Shown: positions 9,815 through 19,070 of the stretch, one piece after another | Numbering within the stretch: position 1 is the first letter of the stretch | Layout of the letters: each line of letters starts with the position of its first letter | Source of the DNA: a virus | Direction: 5' to 3' (one strand) | DNA: 64,000 bases | Virus genome (UHGV): UHGV-1356548 | The notes under the pieces: model-generated | What the model saw: the letters and a program-made list of their open reading frames with translations, nothing else | Databases searched by the model: none | What the model was told of the DNA's origin: nothing | Made by a program: the position numbers and the translations under genes

Positions 9815-10625
9815 ACCTGGTCTCCAAAATGTATTGTAGTTCTTTCTTGCCTATACTCTTCATTCCGGCAGTCTTACCTGCTTCTTCTTGAAAAGAAGAA
9901 TAGCATTCAGAAAACACTCTGTCAACACCGTCAACTAAAGATTTTATGAAATATGTCGATTCTTCAGATTTTGGGTCATCATCCCCCAATACTTTTCCAG
10001 CATTATACCCAACACGTCTTACACAGAAGTCGTAGTCATCTGGAGTGCTAAAAGAAAATAACTTATTCTCTCCAATCTCTACAGGATCCCTATTACACGC
10101 CTTTTTCTCCCAAATTTGGAAAACACACGGCACGTCATAAGGTTTGCCATTAAGTAAAAACGAATTCTTAGGGCACCTTTCGCTGTAGACAAGGTGCATC
10201 GACATGTCCAATTTGTTTGCAAAAAATATTTTTTCAAATGTCCGTGGCAAGATGAAGGCTATGGCCCCTCCAAGCTCTAGCAATGATGCACAATGGTTGA
10301 AGAATTTGCAAGCTAAAGATGAATTCTTGCCAAATGGTGGGTTACCTATGAAGACATCTGCCTTGGGGTGCACCTCCAAGAAGTTTGCCTGAATGCACGG
10401 TGTTGGCCCTTCAAATTCAGGATCTGGTACTAAATCGTACGACAGTATCTCTGAAAATAGTTTTGAAAAAGAACCTCTTCCAGCAGAAGGCTCAACGTAT
10501 GCACAATTTCCATACTTATCTTTTACTTTACCAACAAGATATTCTGCATACTCAGGGTTTGTGTAATATTTGTCGTTGGACTCTTTCTTGCTCAAAGTGC
10601 CTCCAAAAGGAAAAGGGAGGCGCAA
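9777..10625 (-). CDS. DNA N6-adenine (or N4-cytosine) methyltransferase
   Basis: Motif X-like YYTNPEYAEYLV, SAM-binding EPSAGRGSF, catalytic NPPF (GNPPFG). Start uncertain because the annotated ATG lies inside a terminator hairpin; an alternative TTG start exists 9 codons downstream. Confidence 0.75.
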   Translation of the reverse strand: MRLPFPFGGTLSKKESNDKYYTNPEYAEYLVGKVKDKYGNCAYVEPSAGRGSFSKLFSEILSYDLVPDPEFEGPTPCIQANFLEVHPKADVFIGNPPFGKNSSLACKFFNHCASLLELGGAIAFILPRTFEKIFFANKLDMSMHLVYSERCPKNSFLLNGKPYDVPCVFQIWEKKACNRDPVEIGENKLFSFSTPDDYDFCVRRVGYNAGKVLGDDDPKSEESTYFIKSLVDGVDRVFSECYSSFQEEAGKTAGMKSIGKKELQYILETRYDQKHRLDQRTH

Positions 10626-10631
10626 GCCTCC
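10600..10631 (-). terminator. rho-independent terminator after exonuclease gene
   Basis: Minus-strand hairpin GGGAGGC-TTGC-GCCTCCC followed by U-rich CUUUUCCUUUU; 10 bp downstream of the stop at 10641. Confidence 0.5.
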
Positions 10632-10640
10632 CTATAATTG

Positions 10641-11624
10641 TTAGATTATCTGAATCAGGGTGTTTTTCATTTCTTCTCTGGTACGGATGTTGTTACGGTC
10701 ACGAACAACAGATCCACAACCTTCGCAGCGGTATGTTTTAAATGCACTCAGCTGAGTATATGCCAAAGCTTCTTCCTCGTGAAGGTGTTCTCCACCACAG
10801 CGTGGGCAACGAACCTTTGGCTCCTCGTCCTGGTAGTACAATGACATGTTTGGGTGCTGCTTAGCAAACGGGCGAGCCAGCAAATACAGTCCTTCCAGAG
10901 ACAGGATATCACCAACATTATACTCCCGCATCTGTTTAAATGCCTCAAGATCGCCATGGACACACTTGATCCACATTTCAAATGTGTGATCAATCAGTTT
11001 CTGTCTGGCCAGTTGGAAGTATTTGCATGCATACTCCAAAGTGTTTGCATTCAAACGGAATGCCTTCTTGATCATTTTAAGGGTGTCAACCTCTTTGTAG
11101 GGGCTTGTTGGAGGCAACCCGTGAAATGCAAATCGTTGGTTGGCCCACCCGCAGTCAAAACCTGAATTGTGGGCTACTGCGACATCGCATTTATCCAGAT
11201 AATACCACAAATCCTGAATCAATTCGAGATCATTGTGAATATCCTCATCCCACATTTTGTAATCGGGAAGAGCGCAGTCAACCACACTAGGGCTGTCTAA
11301 CCACTTACCTGCGAAAGTTAGCATATAAGGCATAACTTCAATACCACAGGTTTGAATGTTGGTCTTATAGTGCCCAAAGAACCAGCCGTTTGTTGGGGAT
11401 GTCTCTGTATCATACACCCAAACTTTAGCGCCTTTGTGCTCTTCAAGGAAGCGCTCCGTTGCTTCTCCTACAATCTCTGACATATTCTCTTGTGCACGTT
11501 TAAGCTGTAGTCGGATCCAGCTCTCACGTGACTCACGGCCTAAAAATTCACGAGCAATTTGTCTATTAGTGTATCCCTGTTGCTTTAGTGTTAAAATTTG
11601 CTCAAGAGTTAACTTTGTCATCAT
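10641..11624 (-). CDS. DEDD-type 3'-5' exonuclease with N-terminal HTH and C-terminal zinc ribbon
   Basis: Exo I-like VWVYDTETS and Exo II-like AHNSGFD motifs; N-terminal QQGYTNRQIAREF helix-turn-helix; C-terminal CPRCG...CEGCG. Confidence 0.55.
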   Translation of the reverse strand: MMTKLTLEQILTLKQQGYTNRQIAREFLGRESRESWIRLQLKRAQENMSEIVGEATERFLEEHKGAKVWVYDTETSPTNGWFFGHYKTNIQTCGIEVMPYMLTFAGKWLDSPSVVDCALPDYKMWDEDIHNDLELIQDLWYYLDKCDVAVAHNSGFDCGWANQRFAFHGLPPTSPYKEVDTLKMIKKAFRLNANTLEYACKYFQLARQKLIDHTFEMWIKCVHGDLEAFKQMREYNVGDILSLEGLYLLARPFAKQHPNMSLYYQDEEPKVRCPRCGGEHLHEEEALAYTQLSAFKTYRCEGCGSVVRDRNNIRTREEMKNTLIQII

Positions 11625-11636
11625 CGTTAAGATTCC

Positions 11637-11858
11637 TTAGTAAAACTGAAGAATGTCTTTTAAAGCGAAGTCACGATATTCGCCCTTGTCTACATCGAAG
11701 GCACGCATCAACCACTGCTCTTCTTTATGATACTCTGTAGAGCCAAACCATAAATTAGGCTCAGTAACGCAGCGATCTGCAACAACACCTTTCCAGTTAC
11801 GGTATTTCATCCTGATCAGGACTGAGTCGCAAGGATTGAATACCTTTTTCATCCCCAT
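11637..11858 (-). CDS. hypothetical protein
   Basis: 73-aa ORF. Confidence 0.3.
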   Translation of the reverse strand: MGMKKVFNPCDSVLIRMKYRNWKGVVADRCVTEPNLWFGSTEYHKEEQWLMRAFDVDKGEYRDFALKDILQFY

Positions 11859-12402
11859 AGAAATCTCTCTCCTCAGTTTTCTTTATAAACTCCTGCATGT
11901 AGAACTCAATAGCCTCATGCTTGGTGCACTCCGGATTAATGACAAGATTGAGATCTGATTCTGCTCGTGCAATGATCGTAGCTTTAGAGCATCTCCTCAA
12001 GAACTTTGTCATATCATCTCTGTAGTTTTTGTGGAGCGGGAAGTCGCTGTAGTCTTTCTCCAAATAGTCAGCCATCCGGCGCAACGCCTCTGATAAACTG
12101 CAATCTGTATACTCGTTACAGTATTTCATCCAGTATTTAAGCACATACCCCTCAAAGGTATTAGTGCATTGAGACAAAACACCCCTGCAACGACCAGTCA
12201 GATGATCATGATCTAAACAAGGCTTACGAAGTGGCTCGCACAAGATTGGATCAAGACCATCCTGCTCCTCTGACAATTCTTTTCGAAAGTTGGCTATGTC
12301 CTTAGAATCTTTTAACCACCCGTTATGAACGGGAGCTTTGACAGCTTTCTTTCTTATTTTACGCTTTGCGATAATCCCTCCAGATGCGCCCTGCCTATCC
12401 AA
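11797..12402 (-). CDS. endonuclease VII-like (T4 gp49 family) nuclease
   Basis: CLDHDHLTGRCRGVLSQCTN matches the Endo VII C-x-DHDH-x-G-x-RG-x-L-x-CN signature; start ambiguous (ORF overlaps upstream gene by 49 nt). Confidence 0.55.
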   Translation of the reverse strand: MDRQGASGGIIAKRKIRKKAVKAPVHNGWLKDSKDIANFRKELSEEQDGLDPILCEPLRKPCLDHDHLTGRCRGVLSQCTNTFEGYVLKYWMKYCNEYTDCSLSEALRRMADYLEKDYSDFPLHKNYRDDMTKFLRRCSKATIIARAESDLNLVINPECTKHEAIEFYMQEFIKKTEERDFYGDEKGIQSLRLSPDQDEIP

Positions 12403-12983
12403 TAAGCATCTGCAAGATCGGCCTTACCTTGTACCAAATTGATCCCATCTAGGAACCCAGGTTCAGATACTTCGCAGGCCTTAACCATCAACTTTTTATC
12501 CATCGTAACAGGTTTCTTCACAGTATGCTCTTTACCTGTCCTTTTGTCAAGCTTTTTCTTCTCCTCAAAAGCAAGTTCCTCAGGAAGATGACTACGAGCA
12601 AACTTTTTGGCAGTTGTTGGTGTCACTGTGTGAACCTTAAACAGGCCGTCATTTTCACAATCAGCTAAAGCATCCCAAAGCATAACTTCGAGACCGTAAA
12701 ACAACCCAGCCAGTTCACGTGTGGCATCCCCGCGTGATCCAAAGGAAAGCCCTTCCATAACCACGGTGTCAACGTGGTGCGTGTGGATATAATATCTGAC
12801 CTGTTTGCAGATCCAGTCAATACGCTCAGCAGCTGTTGCAAAAGAAACCGTCCCTGGTTTCTTCTCTTTTGCAGATGAGCTTTGAGTTCGTAACACAACC
12901 TTGTGAACAGGCTTTCCATCGTCCCATACAACGCAAGCTGTGTGTGTCAACGACTGGTCTATGGATAATAGACGCTCTCTCAT
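12354..12983 (-). CDS. RuvC-like (RNase H fold) resolvase candidate
   Basis: N-terminal LSIDQSLTHTACVVWDDG and later VVMEGLSFG resemble RuvC-family catalytic segments; weak assignment. Confidence 0.35.
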   Translation of the reverse strand: MRERLLSIDQSLTHTACVVWDDGKPVHKVVLRTQSSSAKEKKPGTVSFATAAERIDWICKQVRYYIHTHHVDTVVMEGLSFGSRGDATRELAGLFYGLEVMLWDALADCENDGLFKVHTVTPTTAKKFARSHLPEELAFEEKKKLDKRTGKEHTVKKPVTMDKKLMVKACEVSEPGFLDGINLVQGKADLADAYWIGRAHLEGLSQSVK

Positions 12984-13315
12984 GCTTCCTCATCCTCCTC
13001 TCCTTCATCAGGAGCATAAGCCTTATCTTTGAACAGGACGAGAGAGCAAAGCTTAACATCTGTTTCCACACTGGTGAACATGCATAACCGCTCGCCCTCA
13101 ATCAGCTCACAATCCTCTTTTAAAACAGCAGACCATACACGGTCATCTGCGTAATCATCCGTGTACAGGATGTATGAAATAGTGTCATCTTCATACAACC
13201 GCCACATACCTGTGGCAACAATAAATGTATTTTTTGTTTTAATGGTCCCTGTTGTATGATCATCCTCAAAAACAGCTTCCATAATTGCATTATCTACAGA
13301 ATTTTTAGTCATCAA
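12980..13315 (-). CDS. hypothetical protein
   Basis: 111-aa acidic ORF with 4-nt overlaps on both sides. Confidence 0.3.
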   Translation of the reverse strand: MMTKNSVDNAIMEAVFEDDHTTGTIKTKNTFIVATGMWRLYEDDTISYILYTDDYADDRVWSAVLKEDCELIEGERLCMFTSVETDVKLCSLVLFKDKAYAPDEGEEDEEA

Positions 13316-14451
13316 ATTGCTCCAACATTTCTAAGAACGTTAACAAGTTTTGTTTGATCATTGAATGTTCGCTTCATATACAAACAGTCAAAAATTATAC
13401 TCATCCATTGACCTACGGAAATTCTACGATCAACACCATTGAAGTCAGTATACTTAACAACACCTTTCGGGAACCACTTCTTGTACTGATCAATAATAGC
13501 CACCCACATCTCCTTTGGAGTGCTGCACTGAGACAGTAGGTAGAATGCTGAGGCATCCCCGAACTTACCCTTACCGATAAGTCCTTGATACGGCTTAATG
13601 TTGTCAGCAGAGTCACCACACAGCATTTGGTATCCGAAGAACAGCATTCCGTAACCACCAACCTCTCCATTAGGCTTCATGAAGATGTTCCCCATACCGT
13701 TATCGATCAGCATAGGGGTTTCCCTTACAAAATCCCCCTTATCGTTTCGCATGGGATCGAACACAAGCCCAGGTAGTGTTCTTTGGTCCTTATCAATAGA
13801 GATAATAAACTTGTTGAACTTACCTGTTTTTTGGTAGTGGTTCCAACCTTCAAATTGCTGAATAGCTAACCAGTCGTCAGCCTCGATACCGTTGATCACT
13901 TGAGCATTATACTGCTTTTGTAGATACTGTCTTGCATCTCCAAGCAGCAGTGGTCGAAGAGTATTGTTACGGTTGGCCTTGTATCTTTCCGGCATTGGAA
14001 GATCTAGTCTGAAGTTACCTGTGCCTCCCAACACCCCGACACATCGCTCTTCCGGAATACCTAGATAGTTAAGAACTGCATTAGCTTTACACTTAATTGT
14101 GTGTAAGCAGTTCTCTACAGGATCAGGGGTTTGGATATCCAAGACATCGAAATCTTCGCGTGTCCACGGAATAAACTCCTTTCCAGCCTTTTTACATGCG
14201 GCTTCACGGTTGGTATTCTCAGCTTTTAACCAACCACCAACGGTGTTCTTCTGCCGCCCCCAGAACTCTGTTCGTGTTTTAAACATCTTCTTGCGTCCGG
14301 AGGCTTTGTGTGTTACCTCAATTGTCCTTTTTTCACAACTTGCCGCAGCTTGATATGCAACCTGGTCGAAGTCATAATAAACTATAGCGTCAGGTTCGAG
14401 AAGATCAGCAAGACAATCTACAGATTCAATAAGTGGATATTCTCTACTCAA
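13312..14451 (-). CDS. 5'-3' exonuclease / flap endonuclease (FEN, T4 RNase H-like)
   Basis: GIEADDWLA (GxEADD) and CGDSADNIKP (GDxxDNIP) motifs characteristic of FEN/5'-exonuclease family. Confidence 0.7.
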   Translation of the reverse strand: MSREYPLIESVDCLADLLEPDAIVYYDFDQVAYQAAASCEKRTIEVTHKASGRKKMFKTRTEFWGRQKNTVGGWLKAENTNREAACKKAGKEFIPWTREDFDVLDIQTPDPVENCLHTIKCKANAVLNYLGIPEERCVGVLGGTGNFRLDLPMPERYKANRNNTLRPLLLGDARQYLQKQYNAQVINGIEADDWLAIQQFEGWNHYQKTGKFNKFIISIDKDQRTLPGLVFDPMRNDKGDFVRETPMLIDNGMGNIFMKPNGEVGGYGMLFFGYQMLCGDSADNIKPYQGLIGKGKFGDASAFYLLSQCSTPKEMWVAIIDQYKKWFPKGVVKYTDFNGVDRRISVGQWMSIIFDCLYMKRTFNDQTKLVNVLRNVGAI

Positions 14452-14752
14452 AGCCCCTCCTGTTAGTTACTCTGCAAGATGGTTGGATGCTGTAATGAAA
14501 TGCATCATCACTTTCTGCAATAAGTGACTCAACATCCCAATACTTTTCAAAAAGGAACGGATTAGACCCCCAGTGGTGGGTTATTTTCATCAAGGAGTCT
14601 GGTATCAGATAGCCACAGATCTTAATTACATCGCCAGGTTGAATTGTGTTTTCATGAAGGTTGCTTGCCTTCTTCAGAATCATACCTTTGTGATTCTCAT
14701 TTGCATACAACTGGACGATATCTTTATCTTCAACAATAAAAATTTTAAGCAT
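14444..14752 (-). CDS. hypothetical protein
   Basis: 102-aa ORF preceded by a minus-strand sigma70-like promoter. Confidence 0.3.
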   Translation of the reverse strand: MLKIFIVEDKDIVQLYANENHKGMILKKASNLHENTIQPGDVIKICGYLIPDSLMKITHHWGSNPFLFEKYWDVESLIAESDDAFHYSIQPSCRVTNRRGFE

Positions 14753-14785
14753 ACCTAGTTCTCCTAGTTAATAAATAGTTAACTG

Positions 14786-14815
14786 ATAATATCAGATCAG
14801 AGACTCATTTGTCAA
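14786..14815 (-). promoter_or_regulatory. sigma70-like promoter (minus strand)
   Basis: Minus-strand TTGACA (14815-14810), 17-18 bp spacer, TATTAT/ATATTA -10, upstream of ORF starting at 14752. Confidence 0.45.
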
Positions 14816-15105
14816 GACTTTTTAGTCTTTCTTGGAGAGCTTTTTGTTGATCTTTTTCTTTTGTGGTAAATTCCAAGTGCAGCATTTTCTTGGGCACACG
14901 TTTTAACGGTTTTTAGATCAGAGCTTTCAGCTTTAGGTAGATTAAGCTCCCACCAACCCAACCAGTAAAGCTCTGATTCCGACAACTGCTCAGATTCAGA
15001 CTTCCGATACAAGGCTTGCATACCTCTGATGATATCGTCCAGAGGTGTATCGAATACAAAAGCTGTCTTATCAAATTTCTCTTTTGCAGGTTTCTTAGCC
15101 ATCAA
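14812..15105 (-). CDS. hypothetical protein
   Basis: 97-aa Lys-rich ORF. Confidence 0.3.
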   Translation of the reverse strand: MMAKKPAKEKFDKTAFVFDTPLDDIIRGMQALYRKSESEQLSESELYWLGWWELNLPKAESSDLKTVKTCAQENAALGIYHKRKRSTKSSPRKTKKS

Positions 15106-15559
15106 GGTAACCTTCTATCCACGAAAAGTCAGTCTTCCATTCTGGAACTTTACTAAGCTCACGCCACTCTGCAAAGCAGTCTCGGTAATAGGCCTCTGCC
15201 ATACCCTTGGTGATCTTATTCACCTTAGCCAACTGATTAACTGCCTGAGCATACTTTCCACGGATATTTGCTAACCCAGGATGCACAGATGTGTGACAAT
15301 CTGGGCACAACGCTATCAGTCCGACAAGCCGGATCACTCCCTCTTCGAAAGTGTAAAGTTCATGACACTCCACTGGATGTTTGCTGCCTTTACCTCCGCA
15401 CACCTCACAAGTGTAGTTGGCTTCTCTGTAGCACTTCTTACGGATCTTATCCCACTCACTCTTCTTCACAGCGTTTCGTAGGTTATTATACCAAGCTGTT
15501 TCTGGGATCAGTTGCACAATAAGCCTGCGTTCAGACTTCATTAAACGTCCGTCTTCCAC
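15095..15559 (-). CDS. HNH-type zinc-finger endonuclease candidate
   Basis: CEVCGGKGSKHPVECHEL ... LCPDCHTSVH arrangement (CxxC...H...CxxCH) typical of HNH nucleases. Confidence 0.4.
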   Translation of the reverse strand: MEDGRLMKSERRLIVQLIPETAWYNNLRNAVKKSEWDKIRKKCYREANYTCEVCGGKGSKHPVECHELYTFEEGVIRLVGLIALCPDCHTSVHPGLANIRGKYAQAVNQLAKVNKITKGMAEAYYRDCFAEWRELSKVPEWKTDFSWIEGYLDG

Positions 15560-15568
15560 GTATTCTCC

Positions 15569-15775
15569 TCATTCAAAGAAATGGGTGCGAGGACAAGATC
15601 CAGCCTCGCCTTGTTTCACAAGCTCGTAGAGCTCACCTTGGCTTGTCTCATAAAGGCAAATACGTTTACCATTGTCCCGATATACATCGACAAGATACGC
15701 TGTTTCACCTGCAAACACGACACCACAGGCCAGACATGCTGCCATGAACAAAATTGCCAACAGAAAATCTTTCAT
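15569..15775 (-). CDS. small secreted/membrane protein (signal peptide)
   Basis: 68-aa ORF with hydrophobic N-terminus (LLAILFMAACLACGVVFA); lies downstream of the endolysin. Confidence 0.35.
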   Translation of the reverse strand: MKDFLLAILFMAACLACGVVFAGETAYLVDVYRDNGKRICLYETSQGELYELVKQGEAGSCPRTHFFE

Positions 15776-15838
15776 GGTTAAACCCTTTCGAACATTCTAT
15801 GAGGCAACAATACCACGTCCGTGTGGTTATGTCAATGA

Positions 15839-16309
15839 TCAATCAAGGACAACACCGCCTGCCTTTTTAAACACCTCGATCAACTTCTCAATCTTCTGTT
15901 CATGCTGACCATATCCAGCACCAGGTAACGAAGCCCAGCGGGAACGGCATTTATGGATAGCCTCGTGGATACGCCCTTCGTCAATGTCGGCGAGAGCCTT
16001 GCACTCACGGATCAGTTGCAACGCAATCTTGTCCTGACTGGCAGGGCCAAAATCTGGCAATCCTAACTGTTCCATGTAGTGTTTAGCAAACTTCTCCAAA
16101 ACCTGGTAACGCCCAGCAGCGGAGGAGGTAAGTTTAGCATTTAGCTTAACGTACACACCTGGATGCTTGCTGTAATCGCTAAACAGCTTGCCACCAACTA
16201 TGACATCATAGCCCCGATCCTTGGTGGGTTGTCTACCATTATCTGTGCCTTCTGAATATGCGATCATATCCAAGAAAGCTTTTCGTTGAACATTTTTATC
16301 AAGTTTCAT
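15839..16309 (-). CDS. endolysin, lambda R-like lytic transglycosylase
   Basis: Near-collinear match by eye to phage lambda R along the whole 156 aa (NVQRKAFLDMIAYSEGTDNGRQ..., GYDVIVGG, AGRYQ, WASLPGAGYGQ). Confidence 0.85.
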   Translation of the reverse strand: MKLDKNVQRKAFLDMIAYSEGTDNGRQPTKDRGYDVIVGGKLFSDYSKHPGVYVKLNAKLTSSAAGRYQVLEKFAKHYMEQLGLPDFGPASQDKIALQLIRECKALADIDEGRIHEAIHKCRSRWASLPGAGYGQHEQKIEKLIEVFKKAGGVVLD

Positions 16310-16433
16310 TTTTCATACTCTCCAGTTTACTCATAACTAACCAGATCAACAACACTACACAGTGTGGTTATGTAGGTGCCAATTGAAAAACCATCATTCG
16401 ATTGGCTACCGTTACCTACTAAACCTTCCTACA

Positions 16434-17717
16434 TCATTCCAGAACCTCCCAAGTGTCTGGGTCAACATTTCGGACGCAGATACCGACAGGGAATTGGTAG
16501 TTGTTGTCTTCTGTCCTTGATTGATATTTGAAGGTGACAAACTTGCCGATCATTTCCTGCATCCTGTCATAGCTACGCTCCTCGTGCGTGCCTTTCATCT
16601 TCATTTTAACAATAACACCTTCCTTGTCAACACAGATAAGAACACCTTCATCATTCTTATCTTTCTCAACGTCAATAACTTTCACCTCTGCGTCGTTGAA
16701 CTTTTTCCATTTCAATGCTTCAGATGTTCGCTGACCGTACTCGTATTTACCGCAGAAATTACGCATGATAGTACCTTCATATCCTTCGGACATGAATATA
16801 CCAACAGATTCTTCGCAATGATCAACTGTGTACGCAAGCTCTGCGTCAACAACCTTGATATGGTCAAGCATCAGAGTGGTAACGGTATCCTCTGCATCCA
16901 TAAGATCCTTGCAGCGTCCAGACTCTGTTTCTGGATCCCACCACACCTTGTCGCTAGGAATATCAAAAATGTGATACTCCAGATCGTAGCTACAGTACCC
17001 ACCGTAACGCAAATCATCACGAACAGGCTCAACATCGACAGGAATATCTACCTTGTTGAAGTTTTTGTATGTTGATAAACCTGCCTTAATTGCTGCATGA
17101 CGGCGTTTTTTATCTGCCTCATAGTCTTTATCGATCTCGGCCTGAATCTCTTCCTGTGTGCGCCACCGTTTAGCAAGAGACACTATTTTCTGCAAAGGAA
17201 GACCATGAATGTATAGTTCCCCATCAAGTTGTTTAATCCCAGTGGTAGAATGGAAAGAACGAAGTTGCTCTAAAAGCTTTCCTTGAATAGGGTAGGACTT
17301 ATTACCACGGGAAATAAATTTAGGCTCACCATTTTGGAAAACAACAAGCAGACGAAGGCCATCTAACTTACGCAAGATCCAGCAAGGTAATTTAAGTGCC
17401 TTGCCACGCTTCAGGTAGTCATGCACCAGCATGGGTAAAAGATCAACACCCTGCTCGCAATCTTCCATGTTTTCAACATACCCCAGACGGACTTGTTTTT
17501 CCCACTTGCTGATAGCCTCAAGCTCGGCCTGTTGCTCAGCTGTAGTCTCGTTGGCACGACCTACGTTCTTAGGTGTGCATACCGTCTCTTTGTACTGCAG
17601 TTTACCATCAAGCTTGCCAAACTCTACGATAACCTTATCACCATCCGTGAATACTTTCCACTGTTGGTAGCTGCCATCTTTATTCAGTGCGTACAGTGTT
17701 GTTTTGATCTGATGCAT
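16434..17717 (-). CDS. ATP-dependent DNA ligase (intact copy)
   Basis: Motif I KLDGLR (KxDGxR), motif III LDGELYIHG, motif IV EGTIMR, motif V LKWKK; 427 aa. Its last 47 codons lie outside the duplicated unit. Confidence 0.7.
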   Translation of the reverse strand: MHQIKTTLYALNKDGSYQQWKVFTDGDKVIVEFGKLDGKLQYKETVCTPKNVGRANETTAEQQAELEAISKWEKQVRLGYVENMEDCEQGVDLLPMLVHDYLKRGKALKLPCWILRKLDGLRLLVVFQNGEPKFISRGNKSYPIQGKLLEQLRSFHSTTGIKQLDGELYIHGLPLQKIVSLAKRWRTQEEIQAEIDKDYEADKKRRHAAIKAGLSTYKNFNKVDIPVDVEPVRDDLRYGGYCSYDLEYHIFDIPSDKVWWDPETESGRCKDLMDAEDTVTTLMLDHIKVVDAELAYTVDHCEESVGIFMSEGYEGTIMRNFCGKYEYGQRTSEALKWKKFNDAEVKVIDVEKDKNDEGVLICVDKEGVIVKMKMKGTHEERSYDRMQEMIGKFVTFKYQSRTEDNNYQFPVGICVRNVDPDTWEVLE

Positions 17718-17986
17718 TACTCGGCCTCTTCCTTAAAAATTTTAAACATCTCTTCTTTACTCATTACCAACCAGTCTCCCATAAAGTCAACTAGCCAATC
17801 TCCCTGGTACAAGACAAGGTTACCAAAAGGCTCGACAAGCTCACACATGCGACGAAGATCTCTGGTCCGAACAGGTGACGATGTAAACACACCTGTATCA
17901 ATCCACCGTTGCAGATCAGATACTGATGAAGAGCTTCCGTCAAACTGATGTGCTTCTACAGGTTTAGCAAGATTAAATAACGGCAT
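17717..17986 (-). CDS. hypothetical protein
   Basis: 89-aa ORF; stop overlaps ligase start (TAATG). Confidence 0.3.
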   Translation of the reverse strand: MPLFNLAKPVEAHQFDGSSSSVSDLQRWIDTGVFTSSPVRTRDLRRMCELVEPFGNLVLYQGDWLVDFMGDWLVMSKEEMFKIFKEEAE

Positions 17987-18281
17987 TGCAGTCCTCCTTC
18001 TGTAGTAGGTCTTTTATAGGATAAACAAGTAAGTGTGGGTCGTAATAACGTATAGTCCTATTCTGCCACACTATGAACTTTATTACAACCAAATTTACAA
18101 TATCTTTATCACCATGTAGCCCAACACACACATTTGTCCATATTTTGTGGTTGAAGACCTTGCTATCGATGTAGATTTTAGTGTCAAACTTATCTTCCAT
18201 TCTACCAATAAGTTTGATCAGCTCCTTCATCTGGTCGCCAAACACAGCATCTTTTTCAAGATCTCTGGAATGCTTGTACAT
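17973..18281 (-). CDS. hypothetical protein
   Basis: 102-aa ORF. Confidence 0.3.
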   Translation of the reverse strand: MYKHSRDLEKDAVFGDQMKELIKLIGRMEDKFDTKIYIDSKVFNHKIWTNVCVGLHGDKDIVNLVVIKFIVWQNRTIRYYDPHLLVYPIKDLLQKEDCNAVI

Positions 18282-18310
18282 AACTGACTACCTCACTGCA
18301 TACTTTCCAT

Positions 18311-18336
18311 AATAAGTAAAGCCGGGTAATCCCGGC
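18311..18336 (-). terminator. rho-independent terminator (copy 1)
   Basis: Minus-strand GCCGGG-ATTA-CCCGGC hairpin followed by UUUACUUAUU, just 3' of the MazG-like gene stop. Confidence 0.5.
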
Positions 18337-18343
18337 TATGTTG

Positions 18344-19057
18344 TTAAATATACTCTGTTACATCCTTGAAGCTCGAAGGCTTCATAATCTTACCTTTACT
18401 GTCAAGGAATATAATAACTTTATTGCCGTTGTAGAACTCCTCTTTAGCAACGAAACCTTCGTAGCGACCACCAAAACGACGCTCAAGATCTTTAATCTCC
18501 AACTCGATGAGTTGTTCAGCAGGCATATCTGCACTGGCACCGTGTGAATGCCGTAGATGGTTGATCCGTGCAAACTTACTGTCATTAGATTTTAGAACCT
18601 TCCGCATCATCCCACACACATCCCCGCTAAGCTGGAACAGCAAAGCTGTTGATAACTCCGCTAGTCGGTAAGCTGACGCTCTTTGCTTGGATGTGTTTTT
18701 CGCAGCGATCAGTGTATCATAGAACTCACCGATCTTGAACTTAAGACCTCGCGGATTATCAAACAGGTTTGACCACTTTTCGTGGTTATCATTAACAAGA
18801 TAAGCTGCATAACTTGTGACAACGTGAAGATCGCAGGCCTCTTTTAGCAGGTGATCTCCACCATCACCTTTCTCCAGCTCTTCCAAAACCTCATTGAACT
18901 CTTCCTCAATGAAGCTAAGCTGTAATTCGAATGGTGTGTATGATTTTTTCACTTTAGCTGCCACACGGTTCCAGTTTTCCACCCAGTTGGCAGACCAAAG
19001 GTAGTTTTCAGGCTGGGACAGTTTTTCCAGGTTGTCGATCAGTTTAGTATTCAGCAT
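18344..19057 (-). CDS. MazG-like nucleotide pyrophosphohydrolase domain protein
   Basis: FIEEEFNEVLEELEKGDGGDHLLKEACDLHVV fits the EExxE...E...D acidic helix pattern of MazG/NTP-PPase family; C-terminal ~100 aa unassigned. Confidence 0.4.
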   Translation of the reverse strand: MLNTKLIDNLEKLSQPENYLWSANWVENWNRVAAKVKKSYTPFELQLSFIEEEFNEVLEELEKGDGGDHLLKEACDLHVVTSYAAYLVNDNHEKWSNLFDNPRGLKFKIGEFYDTLIAAKNTSKQRASAYRLAELSTALLFQLSGDVCGMMRKVLKSNDSKFARINHLRHSHGASADMPAEQLIELEIKDLERRFGGRYEGFVAKEEFYNGNKVIIFLDSKGKIMKPSSFKDVTEYI

Positions 19058-19070
19058 TAAAGGTCTCCTT

